Assembly: GCA_951813565.1 (NCBI GenBank)
Contig: OX638351.1
Coordinates: 1,920,001-1,984,000 of the forward strand
DNA length: 64,000 nucleotides
Direction: 5' to 3'
Origin: an uncultured Poribacteria bacterium
GTDB lineage: Bacteria; Poribacteria; WGA-4E; WGA-3G
Part shown: positions 1 through 11,096 of the stretch, piece by piece
Layout of the letters: each line of letters begins with the position of its first letter
Numbering within the stretch: position 1 is the first letter of the stretch
The notes under the pieces: model-generated
Database searches by the model: none
What the model was told of the DNA's origin: nothing
What the model saw: only the letters and a program-made list of their open reading frames with translations
Program-made: the position numbers and the translations under genes

Positions 1-137
1 CCCTCTTGTAGACGTGCAATTCGTCTCTGAATGTTTGCGCGTGTTCTTTTATCTTGGAGTTGTGTCAACCACTGACGGAACGGGTTACGTCCTTCTGGTG
101 TGATATAGTTCCTGACCTCTCTGGCAATGACTTGCAT
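1..137 (-). CDS. RelE/HigB-like addiction-module toxin, partial (runs off window start)
   Basis: Manual translation from ATG 137: MQVIAREVRNYITPEGRNPFRQWLTQLQDKRTRANIQRRIARLQEG..., resembling the addiction-module killer / Gp49-like N-terminus. Confidence 0.75.
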   Translation of the reverse strand, partial: MQVIAREVRNYITPEGRNPFRQWLTQLQDKRTRANIQRRIARLQE

Positions 138-190
138 ATTTTGTAAGTATAACACATCTGCACGGCATTTTCAAATTATGCATCTTGAAG

Positions 191-285
191 GGGTGTGTAA
201 AGTTTTTGTAGAAATCCGCCCTACAGTGGAAAACGCCGCGTAATCATTGCAAATTGAACCTATGTAACCAAATATTTACACACCC
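191..285. mobile_element. ~95-bp MITE-like element with GGGTGTGTAAA...TTTACACACCC ends, copy 1
   Basis: Terminal inverted repeat; near-identical copy at 32904-32999; solo end at about 17916-17930. Confidence 0.7.
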
Positions 286-342
286 TGCTAAACAAATTTT
301 CTTGACTTTTCCACCAATTTGTGATACTATTAATTGGGTAAC

Positions 343-491
343 TATGGTAGATTTTAGAATTAATTGAATCTGTGGACAAGCGAGGTTAGGAAACCTCGCC
401 TACCGGTGAATGTCCGAGGCGCAATGAATTGCGCGACTACAAACGGCGTAAATTCTAAGAAGATGTTCACTTGATTTTATAATTCACTATA
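343..491. mobile_element. TATAGT-type MITE shell carrying two REP-like hairpins
   Basis: Ends TATGGTAGATTTT...AATTCACTATA; cargo GCGAGGTTAGGAAACCTCGCCTACC and GAGGCGCAATGAATTGCGCGACTAC. Confidence 0.65.
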
Positions 492-501
492 AATTTGAAA
501 A

Positions 502-575
502 CGGGGCGTGGCGCAGCCCGGAAGCGCGCTTGAATGGGGTTCAAGAGGTCGCTGGTTCGAATCCAGTCGCCCCGA
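502..575 (+). tRNA. tRNA-Pro (GGG); CCA not encoded
   Basis: Acceptor stem CGGGGCG/CGCCCCG, anticodon arm CTTGA-AT-GGG-GT-TCAAG, T-loop GGTTCGAATCC. Confidence 0.95.
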
Positions 576-660
576 TTTTTTGGGTGTTGAAGCGGATTGA
601 TATACCGTTCGTTGCCCATTTTCAGTTAATAAGAATATCAGAAAAGAGGCAGTTGTAGTC

Positions 661-1983
661 GTGGATAAATCGTGTATCAATGTAGGAATTTTAGGATGGG
701 GAACAGTCGGCACTGGTGTTTCCAAGATTCTGATAAATCAGAATACGCTCATATCCAAAAATAGTGGCATCCAACTATGCGTAAAAAAAGTCGTAAAACG
801 GACACTTCCTGCTTCGCGAGAGGGGATAGAACTTCCCGCTGACTGTCTAACTTCCGATCCTGCTGAAGTTGTTGACAACCCAGAAATTGATATTGTCGTA
901 GAGCTTATCGGTGGCATTTCCGAAGCACATTCACTCATTACTCGTGCGATTCAAAACGGTAAGCACGTTGTGACAGCAAACAAAGCTCTCTTGGCAGAAC
1001 ATGGAGGTGAGTTATTCCAATTAGCGAAGAAACATCAGGTGAGTCTCAATTTTGAAGCAAGCACAGCGGGCGGCATACCAATTATCAAAACGCTCCAAGA
1101 AAGTTTCACGGCTAATCAAATTCAATCTATCTACGGCATTGTTAACGGCACTTGCAACTATATGCTGACTGAAATGAATGAACGTGGTGTTGATTTTGCT
1201 GATGTGCTTACAGATGCCCAAGAGCAAGGTTTTGCTGAAGCGGATCCCACACTTGACGTTGAAGGTATTGATGCTGCCCAAAAGTTAACACTTCTCATTG
1301 CGCTCGCCTACGGTGTGAATCTCTCAGTTGACCAATTTCATGTTGAAGGTATCACAGACATTTCTCAGCAAGAGATTCAATATGCACATGAACTCGGCTA
1401 TGTAATCAAACTGCTTGCTATTGCGAAATTAACCGATGACAATCGTGTGGAAGCGCGCGTACATCCAACACTTCTGCCAGAACGAAGCCTATTAGCAAAC
1501 GTTGGCGGCGCATTTAATGCTGTCTGTGTTATCGGATCGGCTGTCGGCCCAACACTTTTTTATGGACAAGGGGCAGGTGAAATGCCTACTGCAAGCGCTG
1601 TTGTGGCAGATATTATTGATGCTGCAAAATCTATCCAGTGGGGTGTGAGTTCACCAATCTCTCAAGCATGGCTTTCGAATTCGGAGACTGAAATTACTGT
1701 CTGTTCTATTGACGATATTGAGACACGCTACTACCTCCGCTTTGTCGTTATTGATCGCCCAGGCGTTTTGGCAAGTATTGGCAACATATTAGGAAACCAT
1801 AATATCAGTATTGCTTCAGTTATTCAAAAAGAGCCTCACGGCACCGATACCGTTTCACTCATGATGCTAACGCATAAGGCACGAGAAAAAAATATGAAAG
1901 CCGCGCTTAAGCAGATTTACACACTTGAAGTTGTCAAAGGCGACGCGAAACTTATTAGAATTGAAGAAGAAGTAGCCTTTTAA
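661..1983 (+). CDS. hom: Homoserine dehydrogenase with C-terminal ACT domain
   Basis: GxGTVG Rossmann motif, [23 protein letters not shown] domain. Confidence 0.95.
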   Translation: MDKSCINVGILGWGTVGTGVSKILINQNTLISKNSGIQLCVKKVVKRTLPASREGIELPADCLTSDPAEVVDNPEIDIVVELIGGISEAHSLITRAIQNGKHVVTANKALLAEHGGELFQLAKKHQVSLNFEASTAGGIPIIKTLQESFTANQIQSIYGIVNGTCNYMLTEMNERGVDFADVLTDAQEQGFAEADPTLDVEGIDAAQKLTLLIALAYGVNLSVDQFHVEGITDISQQEIQYAHELGYVIKLLAIAKLTDDNRVEARVHPTLLPERSLLANVGGAFNAVCVIGSAVGPTLFYGQGAGEMPTASAVVADIIDAAKSIQWGVSSPISQAWLSNSETEITVCSIDDIETRYYLRFVVIDRPGVLASIGNILGNHNISIASVIQKEPHGTDTVSLMMLTHKAREKNMKAALKQIYTLEVVKGDAKLIRIEEEVAF

Positions 1984-2000
1984 GTCCACCAGACAAAACA

Positions 2001-2618
2001 ATGAAAGACACGTTAGTTTTTGACGCAAGAAACATTCGAGACGGGGTCTTCAATAATCATGAAGTAGAAATCCTAACCTCGCAGCTTGAATTGGATCTTG
2101 ATGATGTCCAATTTATCAGTCCAGTGCGGGGCACCGTTCAACTACTCCGTCACAGCGAGGATAATATTTACGTCAAAGCTGAAGTATTCACGGATATTGA
2201 AATGCAATGCGGTAGATGTCTTGAACCTTTTGAGGAAGACGTCACAGCAACTTTTGAGCTGCAATTCACGCCAGTTCGCAACCCCGAAGATATAAAATCT
2301 GAAGGAGACGGAGAACGCTACTATGATGGTGAAACGTTTGACATCTCTGAAGATGCCCGACAAGCATTGGTAATCCAGATACCAATTTGGCCTCTCTGCT
2401 CACAGACCTGTGAAGGCTTATGCCATGGATGCGGTGTAAATCTCAATGAAGAGCATTGTACTTGTCAAAATACAGATAAAATTGAATCTGAAACGCCCAG
2501 TGTAAATTCACCTTTTGCAGTGCTCCCACAGTTATTAGAAACAGCGAAATCGGAGAACAAATCCAAATCAAAAAATCGTAAGGAGATAATTTCTAAAAAT
2601 GGCACATCCAAAACGTAA
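2001..2618 (+). CDS. yceD: DUF177/YceD family protein
   Basis: CGRCLE and CxxxCxGLCxxCGxNLN motifs; directly upstream of rpmF. Confidence 0.9.
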   Translation: MKDTLVFDARNIRDGVFNNHEVEILTSQLELDLDDVQFISPVRGTVQLLRHSEDNIYVKAEVFTDIEMQCGRCLEPFEEDVTATFELQFTPVRNPEDIKSEGDGERYYDGETFDISEDARQALVIQIPIWPLCSQTCEGLCHGCGVNLNEEHCTCQNTDKIESETPSVNSPFAVLPQLLETAKSENKSKSKNRKEIISKNGTSKT

Positions 2619-2787
2619 AACATCAAAATCGAAAAAAAGAATGCGTAGAAGCCATCATGCACTTCGGAGCCAAGTTGTTACAGGCTGCTTATATTGTGGA
2701 GAAATGATGGTTTCACACCGAGTCTGTCCGCATTGTGGGCACTATAAAGGGAGATCAGTTCTAAAGTCTACAGAAGAACAGTTGTAG
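2599..2787 (+). CDS. rpmF: 50S ribosomal protein L32 (zinc-binding type)
   Basis: MAHPKRKTSKSKKRMRRSH, CxxC...HRVCxxCGxY. Confidence 0.95.
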   Translation: MAHPKRKTSKSKKRMRRSHHALRSQVVTGCLYCGEMMVSHRVCPHCGHYKGRSVLKSTEEQL

Positions 2788-2872
2788 GTAAGACACCAGC
2801 GTCTCAATTCTCGCCGATTAAGCCTTCACACTGTGTTGATTCTTCTAAATCGGCTAAAAAGGATTTTTTAGC

Positions 2873-3862
2873 ATGGATCGATATACAGCAATCATAGGGA
2901 CGGGTTCTTATCTACCTGAAACCGTTTTAACCAATTCTGATCTTGAAAAGATGGTAGATACCAGCGACGAATGGATTCTTCAACGCACAGGTATTGCTGA
3001 GCGACGAATCGCCGAAGACGACATCGCCACTTCGGATCTCAGTGTGCAAGCGGCACGATTAGCTATAAAAAAAGCACAAATTGACCCACTCGAAATTGAA
3101 ATGATCCTCGTTGCTACCGTTACACCCGACACATTTTTTCCATCAACTGCTTGTTATGTGCAGAAAGGGATCGGTGCTAAAAACGCGGCAGCAATGGATA
3201 TATCCGCTGCATGTGCAGGATTCTTATATGGGCTTGATTTAGCAAATGGCTTGATTGTATCTGGACAGTATGATACTATACTTGTAGTCGGAGGCGAAGT
3301 TTTTAACAATATCGTTGATTGGAACGATAGAAACACATGCGTCCTCTTTGGAGATGGGGCAGGCGCTGCCGTTGTCCAAGCAACTGAAGAATCGAAAGGA
3401 ATTCTCGCCTCTTACATCGGATCTGATGGGGATTATGCTGACATTGATCTACTCGGTATACCCGCTGGTGGGTCCAGAATGCCGGTAACATCAGAGGCAA
3501 TTGATCAAAAACTGGATAAAATTCAGATGAATGGACGCGAAGTTTTCAAACTTGGGGTTCGTCTCATGCCAGAAGCAGCACAACGCGCCCTAAGCAAAGC
3601 AAACCTCAGTGTTGAAGATATTGATTTGTTAATACCGCATCAAGCAAACTTGCGTATTATTGAAGCGGTCGGCGATAGGCTCGGTGTGCCACGAGAAAAG
3701 GTATATATAAACGTTGACAAATACGGCAATACCTCAGCAGCAACGGTAATCATCGCATTAGACGAAGCAATCCAGGATGGACGCGCAAAACCGGGGGACC
3801 TGATATTGCTCGTAACTTTTGGTGCCGGCCTGACATGGGGAAGTACGCTTTTAAGATTGTAA
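2873..3862 (+). CDS. fabH: 3-oxoacyl-ACP synthase III
   Basis: AACAGF, PHQAN, YGNTSAA catalytic motifs. Confidence 0.95.
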   Translation: MDRYTAIIGTGSYLPETVLTNSDLEKMVDTSDEWILQRTGIAERRIAEDDIATSDLSVQAARLAIKKAQIDPLEIEMILVATVTPDTFFPSTACYVQKGIGAKNAAAMDISAACAGFLYGLDLANGLIVSGQYDTILVVGGEVFNNIVDWNDRNTCVLFGDGAGAAVVQATEESKGILASYIGSDGDYADIDLLGIPAGGSRMPVTSEAIDQKLDKIQMNGREVFKLGVRLMPEAAQRALSKANLSVEDIDLLIPHQANLRIIEAVGDRLGVPREKVYINVDKYGNTSAATVIIALDEAIQDGRAKPGDLILLVTFGAGLTWGSTLLRL

Positions 3863-3903
3863 ACTGCACTAATTGTTGTTACGTGCCAGATTTAGGTTTC
3901 ATT

Positions 3904-4070
3904 TATAGTAAAATCTAAAACATGTGAACACTCCCTGGTAGATGCGGTTTCCCGCCAAATACCACACGCGTATTTGGCGTTGATTCACTGTATCTATGAG
4001 ACTAAACAAACACCGGTTCGGTTGGGAAACTGAACCTACCACAGTGTCCAAATAATTATTGGTTCCTATA
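3904..4070. mobile_element. TATAGT-type MITE shell with REP cargo and a 34-bp mini-element
   Basis: TATAGTAAAATC...GGTTCCTATA ends; hairpin GGTTCGGTTGGGAAACTGAACCTACC; reverse mini-element at about 3955-3986. Confidence 0.6.
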
Positions 4071-4085
4071 AGCGCCACAGACAAA

Positions 4086-5024
4086 ATGACGCAAATCGCC
4101 TTTATTTTTCCAGGACAGGGTTCACAGAAAGTTGGTATGGGATCGGAATTGGCACAGACTCACGCAATTGCCAAAACCGTTTTTGATGAAGCAGATAATT
4201 TCTTAGAAAGGTCATTAAGCCAACTCTGTTTTGAGGGACCAGCAGCAGAATTAAAACAGACAGAAAACACACAACTCGCTATTTTAACGTGCAGCGTCGC
4301 TACGTTGCAAATTCTCACACAATTGGGGGTTGTACCGAAGATTGTAGCAGGCCATAGTTTGGGGGAGTATTCCGCGCTTGTAGCGTCTGGCGTTCTTGAA
4401 TTTGTGGACGCGTTACAATTGGTCAGTGCCCGCGCACAGTTTATGGCAGAAGCGGGTAAAAAACAGAACGGCACAATGGCAGCAATCCTTGGCATGGAGG
4501 CAGCGCAGCTTGAACACTTCTGTGAGAGGGTTGATGGTGTGGTGAAGATCGCCAATTACAACTGTCCAGGACAATTGGTAATTTCAGGGGAGGTTGATGC
4601 GGTTAATCAGGTTGTCGCTCTTGCATCTGATGTAATTGGAGCGAGAAGATGTCGTCCCTTGCCTGTCAGTGGTGCTTTTCATTCGCCACTGATGGAATCA
4701 GCGCAACAAAAGTTTCAAGATGTGCTTGACTCGGTAAAGCTAAATCCACCGCAAATTGATATAGCGATGAACGTAACAGGCGAGTTTGCAACAAATACGG
4801 ATGACATCAAACACTTACTCTTTCAACAGATAACACAACCTGTCCAATGGGAAAAGACACTGCACACTATTGAGGAAACCGGAATCACAGATTTTATAGA
4901 GGTTGGACCAGGACAAGTTTTATCTGGTTTAGTGAAACGGACACTGCCCGAAAGTACTGCCTTGAACGTTGAAGATGTTGAGGCACTTTCACTCGTGACA
5001 GATGAATATGGAAGTGGTGAATAA
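4086..5024 (+). CDS. fabD: Malonyl-CoA-ACP transacylase
   Basis: FPGQGSQ, GHSLGEY, VSGAFHS. Start moved to ATG 4086 because the ORF-track 5' extension lies in the MITE. Confidence 0.95.
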   Translation: MTQIAFIFPGQGSQKVGMGSELAQTHAIAKTVFDEADNFLERSLSQLCFEGPAAELKQTENTQLAILTCSVATLQILTQLGVVPKIVAGHSLGEYSALVASGVLEFVDALQLVSARAQFMAEAGKKQNGTMAAILGMEAAQLEHFCERVDGVVKIANYNCPGQLVISGEVDAVNQVVALASDVIGARRCRPLPVSGAFHSPLMESAQQKFQDVLDSVKLNPPQIDIAMNVTGEFATNTDDIKHLLFQQITQPVQWEKTLHTIEETGITDFIEVGPGQVLSGLVKRTLPESTALNVEDVEALSLVTDEYGSGE

Positions 5025-5051
5025 ATGGAACAGCGTGTTTTTATAGAGGAT

Positions 5052-5789
5052 ATGCTGAATGGAAAAACCGCAATCGTAACAGGTGCGTCGCGTGGTATTG
5101 GTGCAGCAATCGCCCACAGACTATGTGAAGTCGGTGCAAACGTCGTTATCTGCTCGCGTTCTATTGAAAGTGTCTCCCAAACCGCCACTGCGTTGAAAGA
5201 CAAAGGCTACACCACGCACGCAATGGCAGCCGACATTTCCAAAAAAGAAGATGTTGAAACGCTTGTTGAAGAAACACTCGAACAGTTTTCGCAGATTGAT
5301 ATCCTCGTGAACAACGCTGGAATTACACGGGATATGTTGCTGATGCGTCTCAAAGATGAAGACTGGGATGCTGTTTTACAGACAAATCTAACCGGAACGA
5401 TGTATTGCACCCGCGCTGTTCTTCGTCCTATGATACGCCAAAAAAGTGGGCGTATTATCAATATCTCGTCAGTTATCGGATTGATGGGAAATGCAGGACA
5501 AGCGAGTTACGCTGCAGCAAAAGCTGGCATCATAGGTTTAACAAAAACGACTGCAAAAGAAGTTGGTACACGGGGCATAACTGTAAATGCTATCGCCCCC
5601 GGATTTATTACAACCGACATGACAGCGCAAATACCTGAAGAATTTCAGAAAAAACTGCTTGAACTTATTCCATTACAGAACTTTGGCACGCCAGAAGATG
5701 TCGCAGACGCTGTCTGCTTTTTGGCATCCGATGCCGCCCGTTATATCACCGGACAAACCTTTCAGGTTGACGGTGGCATGGTGATGTAG
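5052..5789 (+). CDS. fabG: 3-oxoacyl-ACP reductase
   Basis: TGASRGIG, NNAGITRD, YAAAK; SD AGAGGA before ATG 5052. Confidence 0.95.
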   Translation: MLNGKTAIVTGASRGIGAAIAHRLCEVGANVVICSRSIESVSQTATALKDKGYTTHAMAADISKKEDVETLVEETLEQFSQIDILVNNAGITRDMLLMRLKDEDWDAVLQTNLTGTMYCTRAVLRPMIRQKSGRIINISSVIGLMGNAGQASYAAAKAGIIGLTKTTAKEVGTRGITVNAIAPGFITTDMTAQIPEEFQKKLLELIPLQNFGTPEDVADAVCFLASDAARYITGQTFQVDGGMVM

Positions 5790-5981
5790 CTTATATCTCT
5801 AAATTCTGTCAATAGGCAGCAAAATTTGTATTCTTAATAGTTGGCTTACCGTAGGGACAGTTACTAAAAATATGGGACTCTCCCTGCAATTAACCTTGAT
5901 TTTTAAATTAGGAGCGGACCCGGCAATCATTCAATTGTCGTTGATTTATCCGCCCGTTTGATAGGAGATTAAAATAAAGAA

Positions 5982-6215
5982 ATGGCTACGAACGAAAAAC
6001 GACTTATTGAAATTATTGCCCACCAACTCGGTATTGACGCAGATAACGTAACACCTGATGCTTCATTCATGGAAGACTTGGGAGCGGACTCGCTTGATCA
6101 AGTTGAATTAGTCATGGCACTTGAAGAGGAATTTGACCTTGAAATCCCTGACAGTGATGCTGAAAAGATACAAACTGTTCAAGATGCCCTTGATTACCTT
6201 GATGAGCATGTATAA
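5982..6215 (+). CDS. acpP: Acyl carrier protein
   Basis: DLGADSLD phosphopantetheine site; position in fab cluster. Confidence 0.97.
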   Translation: MATNEKRLIEIIAHQLGIDADNVTPDASFMEDLGADSLDQVELVMALEEEFDLEIPDSDAEKIQTVQDALDYLDEHV

Positions 6216-6298
6216 ATTCACATAATTTGACACATCTCTTGAGGGCGTGTAGCCGAAAACTGCTGTCCTCTTGACTACTTAAGAAAAGGATCGGTCTC

Positions 6299-7537
6299 GT
6301 GGAGCGTGTAGTTATTACAGGAATCGGAGTTGTCAATGCGATTGGCAATACGAAAGAAGAATATTGGGATGCGCTTGCTGTCGGTAAAAACGGAATCGGA
6401 CCTTTAACCTTTTTTGATGCAAGCGAATATCGGACTCAGATCGCCGCTGAAGTAAAAAACTTTGAAGCGGAAAAGTATCTGGATAAGAAAGCTGTCACCC
6501 GTTTTCCGCTTTTCATTCAGTACGCACTTGCTGCTTCAATGATGGCGCATGAGAATTCGGGTATAGACTTGTCTGAAGTTGATCCCTATCGCGCAGGAGT
6601 CCAAATCGGTTCTGGTGTCGGTGGCATCGGTGTGCTTGAAGAAAACGCAGCAGTACTTATTGATAAAGGTCCTAAACGCGTCAGTCCATTTCTTGTGCCA
6701 TTTATGATCATTAACATGGCATCGGGACAAGTGTCTATCCATTTTGACCTCAGAGGGCCCAGTTCTGCGTCTGTCACTGCTTGTGCAACTTCTAACCATT
6801 CCATGGGTGAATCATTTCGCTTGATTCAACACGGATATGCGGATGTGATGTTTACAGGTGGTGCTGAATCAGCGATTACACCATTGGCTGTTGCGGGCTT
6901 CTGTTCAATGCGTGCAATGTCCGAACGTAACCATGAACCTGAACATGCTTCTCGTCCATTTGACAAAGAACGCGATGGGTTTGTTATGGGTGAAGGCGCG
7001 GGGGTTCTTATCCTTGAATCACTATCACATGCCCAAAAACGTGGTGCCTATATCTACGCTGAGGTAGTCGGTTTCGGAATGACTTCGGATGCGCACGATA
7101 TGGTGAGTCCACCCAAAAGCGGTGAAGGTGCAGCTAAAGCGATGGAATTTGCGCTTAGTGATGCAAAACTGCCGATAGACGCCGTTGATTATATCAATGT
7201 ACACGGCACCTCTACGCCAATTGGCGATGTTGCCGAAACTAACGCTATTAAATCCCTCTTTGGTGAACGCGCCTACAAAATTCCGATTAGTTCTACTAAA
7301 TCTATGGTTGGACATCTGCTCGGAGCAGCGGGTGCGGTGGAACTTATAGCCTGCATAGGTGGTATGGAAAAAGGCTTTCTACCACCGACTATTAACTACG
7401 AAGTGCCGGATGAAGAGTGTGATTTAGATTACATTCCGAACGAGAGTCGTGATGCCAAGATTGAAGTAGTGCTCTCCAACGCCTTCGGTTTCGGCGGACA
7501 CAACACCTCTATCGCTATCCGCAAATTCTCCGGTTAG
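6299..7537 (+). CDS. fabF: 3-oxoacyl-ACP synthase II
   Basis: [31 protein letters not shown]. Confidence 0.95.
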   Translation: MERVVITGIGVVNAIGNTKEEYWDALAVGKNGIGPLTFFDASEYRTQIAAEVKNFEAEKYLDKKAVTRFPLFIQYALAASMMAHENSGIDLSEVDPYRAGVQIGSGVGGIGVLEENAAVLIDKGPKRVSPFLVPFMIINMASGQVSIHFDLRGPSSASVTACATSNHSMGESFRLIQHGYADVMFTGGAESAITPLAVAGFCSMRAMSERNHEPEHASRPFDKERDGFVMGEGAGVLILESLSHAQKRGAYIYAEVVGFGMTSDAHDMVSPPKSGEGAAKAMEFALSDAKLPIDAVDYINVHGTSTPIGDVAETNAIKSLFGERAYKIPISSTKSMVGHLLGAAGAVELIACIGGMEKGFLPPTINYEVPDEECDLDYIPNESRDAKIEVVLSNAFGFGGHNTSIAIRKFSG

Positions 7538-7539
7538 CC

Positions 7540-8088
7540 GTGTCTCTGTCCACTTCTTACCATTCAAATTCTGTGCATTCAGCATATATTGGCTTTGGCA
7601 GCAACATCAACGATAGACTTTCGTATATTGAGGACGCTATCCACGCCTTATCGCAAGCGGAGGGAATCACCTTACAAAAGATTTCCTCCCTCTACAAAAC
7701 CGCCCCGGTCGGATATGAAACGCAGGCAGATTTTCTAAACGGTGTTGTTGCAATCAAAACCAGCCTTTCCCCTCACACCTTGCTGCACACCTTAAAACAG
7801 ATCGAAACCGACGTTGGTAGGCAACACCGCGCCCGCTGGGGGCCGAGAGAGATTGACATGGATATTTTAATCTATGGAGATATCTGCCTGCAATCCCTCT
7901 ATCTTATTATCCCGCACCCAGAGATGCATCTCCGCCGCTTTGTGCTTGTCCCGTTAGCTGAAATCGCTCCAGATGTTGTCCATCCTGTTTTCAATGAAAC
8001 TATCCAAACTTTACTTGAGCGTCTTGAGGATGATAAGTCCGTTGTGAAAAATAAAGATTATGATTTTTCATCCTACCCACCATCTTAA
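7540..8088 (+). CDS. folK: 2-amino-4-hydroxy-6-hydroxymethyldihydropteridine diphosphokinase
   Basis: [23 protein letters not shown]...[11 protein letters not shown]. Confidence 0.92.
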   Translation: MSLSTSYHSNSVHSAYIGFGSNINDRLSYIEDAIHALSQAEGITLQKISSLYKTAPVGYETQADFLNGVVAIKTSLSPHTLLHTLKQIETDVGRQHRARWGPREIDMDILIYGDICLQSLYLIIPHPEMHLRRFVLVPLAEIAPDVVHPVFNETIQTLLERLEDDKSVVKNKDYDFSSYPPS

Positions 8089-8212
8089 TCAAATTTTATC
8101 GCACAATCTGTCAGTTTGTGCTACCTGTCCCTGTCAAACACTCTTCTTTTCTTATAGACTTCCATACTGCAATCTGATATAATTCCTTCAACGACTTAAG
8201 GAGAGTAGAGAG

Positions 8213-9811
8213 ATGCGATGGTTTGAAACCCGCGGACCCGTGTACCCTGAGGATAACTACGTTGTCGCCCGAACAGAAGAACTCGCGGATTTTGTAGAGC
8301 GATTGGAAAAGGGGAGATACATAGTCCTCTTTGCGCCACGCCAGACCGGTAAAACTACATTTTTCCGAAACGGACTCGATACACTTGAAAATAATGAAGA
8401 CACATATTTCCCAATACAACTTAATTTTGAGGTGTACGTAGACATTGATGCTAATGTCTTCTATGGTTCTTTCTGTAACGAAATTTGTAAAAAAATTAGG
8501 GACGTATACCAAAAACGGAGAGAAAATCTCTCTGAAGAACTCAACCAATTTTTGGTGAGTGCACAGATAACCGATTCTGTTTCAATGTTAGAGTTCTTTG
8601 AAACTCTTGGAAGTTTGTTGGAAAAGCAGCGGTTTGTCATGATTATTGACGAATTTGATGCTATTCCACCACCTGCTTTACGAGGATTTCTACATACACT
8701 CCGTCAAATTTATCTTTCCGAAAAAACCCGATGTCCACATAGTGTCGGCATTGTCGGTGTCAAGAGCATCACACAACTGAATTATGATCGCTCAATATCT
8801 CCATTTAATATCCAAGACGAATTCAAATTGCCCAATTTCACACTTGAGCAGGTGCAGGAACTTCTTTCACAATATACGGACGAAGTTGGACAACCTTTTG
8901 TCTCTGAAGTAATAGTATCTATCCACAAACAAACTGCTGGACAACCAGTGCTTGTCAATCGATTTGCGCAAATTCTTACCGAAGAATTGGACATCCCGAA
9001 AAGCGAACCAATTACAATGGAACACTTTTCAAAAGCACACGTAAAACTCCTTCGCGAACGAAACACCAATATTGCCCATCTGACGACCAATATCCGTAGA
9101 GATCGGCGGTTTGAGGCATTACTCATGAAGATCGCTTCTTACGATGAAGGGGTGGAATTCACCCTGCACAATGAACTCATCAGTGAACTAACGACTTATG
9201 GCGTAATCACCGAAGGTACTGATGGAATGTGTGAAATTGTCAATCCAATTTACCACTATTGCATTATGCAAGCATTCAAACCTGCGGTTAATGGATTAGA
9301 ACAAGATTACTTACCTGAAGAAACCCATGACGGATTTAAGGATTATCTCACATCGGACGGACATATTCAGATGGAGGCACTCCTTGACAACTTCCGAGAC
9401 TTCATTGCACGCGTAGGGTTCAAGATTCTACAAGTGCCAGAAACACCACAAGAATACGTTGGGCAACATCTACTCTTCGCTTATTTGAGTCAGTTTGTTC
9501 AGATTATAGGTGGCACTATGTATCTTGAGGTGCAGATGGGACGTGGCAGATTAGATATTCTAATTCTCCACAACCAACGAAAATACATTGTTGAAACAAA
9601 AATATGGGGTGGAGATACTCGATATCAGTCAGGCAAAGCACAACTTGCCGCGTATGTTAGATTGGAAAAAGCACAAGAGGGGTATTATGCCGTATTTGAT
9701 CATCGGAAAACACCGGAACCACGAGTGGAAACTGAAACATTTGATGGATTAACTATTCGCAGTTACGTGATTCCTGTGGTACAAGAACTTCCTTCATCGA
9801 TTCAACCATAA
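8213..9811 (+). CDS. AAA-like ATPase with C-terminal PD-(D/E)xK nuclease-like domain
   Basis: Walker A APRQTGKT, Walker B IIDEFD, C-terminal GRLDI...IVETK...QLAAY. Confidence 0.8.
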   Translation: MRWFETRGPVYPEDNYVVARTEELADFVERLEKGRYIVLFAPRQTGKTTFFRNGLDTLENNEDTYFPIQLNFEVYVDIDANVFYGSFCNEICKKIRDVYQKRRENLSEELNQFLVSAQITDSVSMLEFFETLGSLLEKQRFVMIIDEFDAIPPPALRGFLHTLRQIYLSEKTRCPHSVGIVGVKSITQLNYDRSISPFNIQDEFKLPNFTLEQVQELLSQYTDEVGQPFVSEVIVSIHKQTAGQPVLVNRFAQILTEELDIPKSEPITMEHFSKAHVKLLRERNTNIAHLTTNIRRDRRFEALLMKIASYDEGVEFTLHNELISELTTYGVITEGTDGMCEIVNPIYHYCIMQAFKPAVNGLEQDYLPEETHDGFKDYLTSDGHIQMEALLDNFRDFIARVGFKILQVPETPQEYVGQHLLFAYLSQFVQIIGGTMYLEVQMGRGRLDILILHNQRKYIVETKIWGGDTRYQSGKAQLAAYVRLEKAQEGYYAVFDHRKTPEPRVETETFDGLTIRSYVIPVVQELPSSIQP

Positions 9812-9818
9812 TCAAAAC

Positions 9819-9847
9819 TTGCAATTACCAATCAAGTATAGTATAAT
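9819..9847 (+). promoter_or_regulatory. Sigma70-type promoter for sucC
   Basis: TTGCAA-17-TATAAT. Confidence 0.6.
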
Positions 9848-9904
9848 CTTTAAACATTTTAACCTTGAAATAGGTTGACAATCTACCTCATACACACATA
9901 AAAA

Positions 9905-11089
9905 ATGAACATACACGAATACCAAGCCAAAGAGATTTTAGAGTCCTTTGGTGTTAGGACACTCCCTGGCAAAGTCGCTGAAACACCAGAAGAAGCGGAA
10001 GCCATCGCGAAAACAATTGATTGCACTAAATACGTTGTCAAAGCACAAATTCACGCAGGTGGGCGCGGAAAGGGTGGCGGCGTTAAACTCGCAAACTCTA
10101 CCGCTGAAGTAAAACAGCTCGCCACGGATATGCTCGGCATGCAACTTGTAACACCTCAGACAGGTCCCGAAGGCAAACTTGTCAGAAAAGTTCTTATTGT
10201 CCAAGCAGCAAAAATACAGAAGGAATTCTACCTCGCCATCTTACTTGACCGGGAAACATCACAACTCACCCTCATAGGTAGTGAAGAAGGTGGTGTCAAC
10301 ATAGAAGAAGTTGCGGCACAAACTCCCGAAAAGATTATCAGAACACAGATTCATCCCGCCTTTGGGTTAACCGAGTTTCAAGCGCGGGAGTTTGCATACA
10401 AACTGATCACTGACACAACCTATCGGCAGCTTATTCCAAGTGCCGTTGAATTGATTACCTGTCTTTACAATGCGTTTGTTGAATGTGATTGTTCACTGAT
10501 AGAAATTAATCCGCTGGCAATTGTAGGTGAGGAAGATAACTTAGAAATCGTAGCACTTGATTCTAAGGTCAACTTTGACGACAACTCCCTTTGGCGAAAT
10601 CCCGATATTGCTGCGATGCGTGATCCGCATGAAGAAGACCCCAGTGAATTAGAGGCGAGCGAATCTGGCTTAAGTTACATCCGTCTTGATGGTAATATCG
10701 GTTGCATGGTAAACGGCGCGGGATTGGCAATGGCAACGATGGACATAATCAAACAGAAAGGCGGCGAACCTGCAAACTTCCTTGATGTTGGGGGAGGTGC
10801 ATCTGTTGAGGCTGTCGCACATGCCTTCCGTCTTATCCTTGCAGACGAAAACGTGAAAGCTGTTCTTGTGAATATTTTCGGCGGCATCATGAAATGTGAC
10901 ACCATCGCCACCGGTATTGTTGAGGCAGCAAAGCAGGTCAAACTCAACGTCCCACTTGTGGTCAGATTAGAAGGTACAAACGTGGAACTGGGAAAACAAA
11001 TTATTGCCGAATCTGACTTGAACCTTCAACTTGCAGAGGGGCTTTCTGAAGCGACGGAACTTGCTGTGACCGCAGCAAATGCCGCATAG
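9905..11089 (+). CDS. sucC: Succinyl-CoA synthetase beta subunit
   Basis: [35 protein letters not shown]. Confidence 0.97.
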   Translation: MNIHEYQAKEILESFGVRTLPGKVAETPEEAEAIAKTIDCTKYVVKAQIHAGGRGKGGGVKLANSTAEVKQLATDMLGMQLVTPQTGPEGKLVRKVLIVQAAKIQKEFYLAILLDRETSQLTLIGSEEGGVNIEEVAAQTPEKIIRTQIHPAFGLTEFQAREFAYKLITDTTYRQLIPSAVELITCLYNAFVECDCSLIEINPLAIVGEEDNLEIVALDSKVNFDDNSLWRNPDIAAMRDPHEEDPSELEASESGLSYIRLDGNIGCMVNGAGLAMATMDIIKQKGGEPANFLDVGGGASVEAVAHAFRLILADENVKAVLVNIFGGIMKCDTIATGIVEAAKQVKLNVPLVVRLEGTNVELGKQIIAESDLNLQLAEGLSEATELAVTAANAA

Positions 11090-11096
11090 AGGACTT

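Noticed and set aside
477..725. 82-aa minus-strand ORF
   Set aside because: Antisense to tRNA-Pro and the hom start; a shadow ORF.
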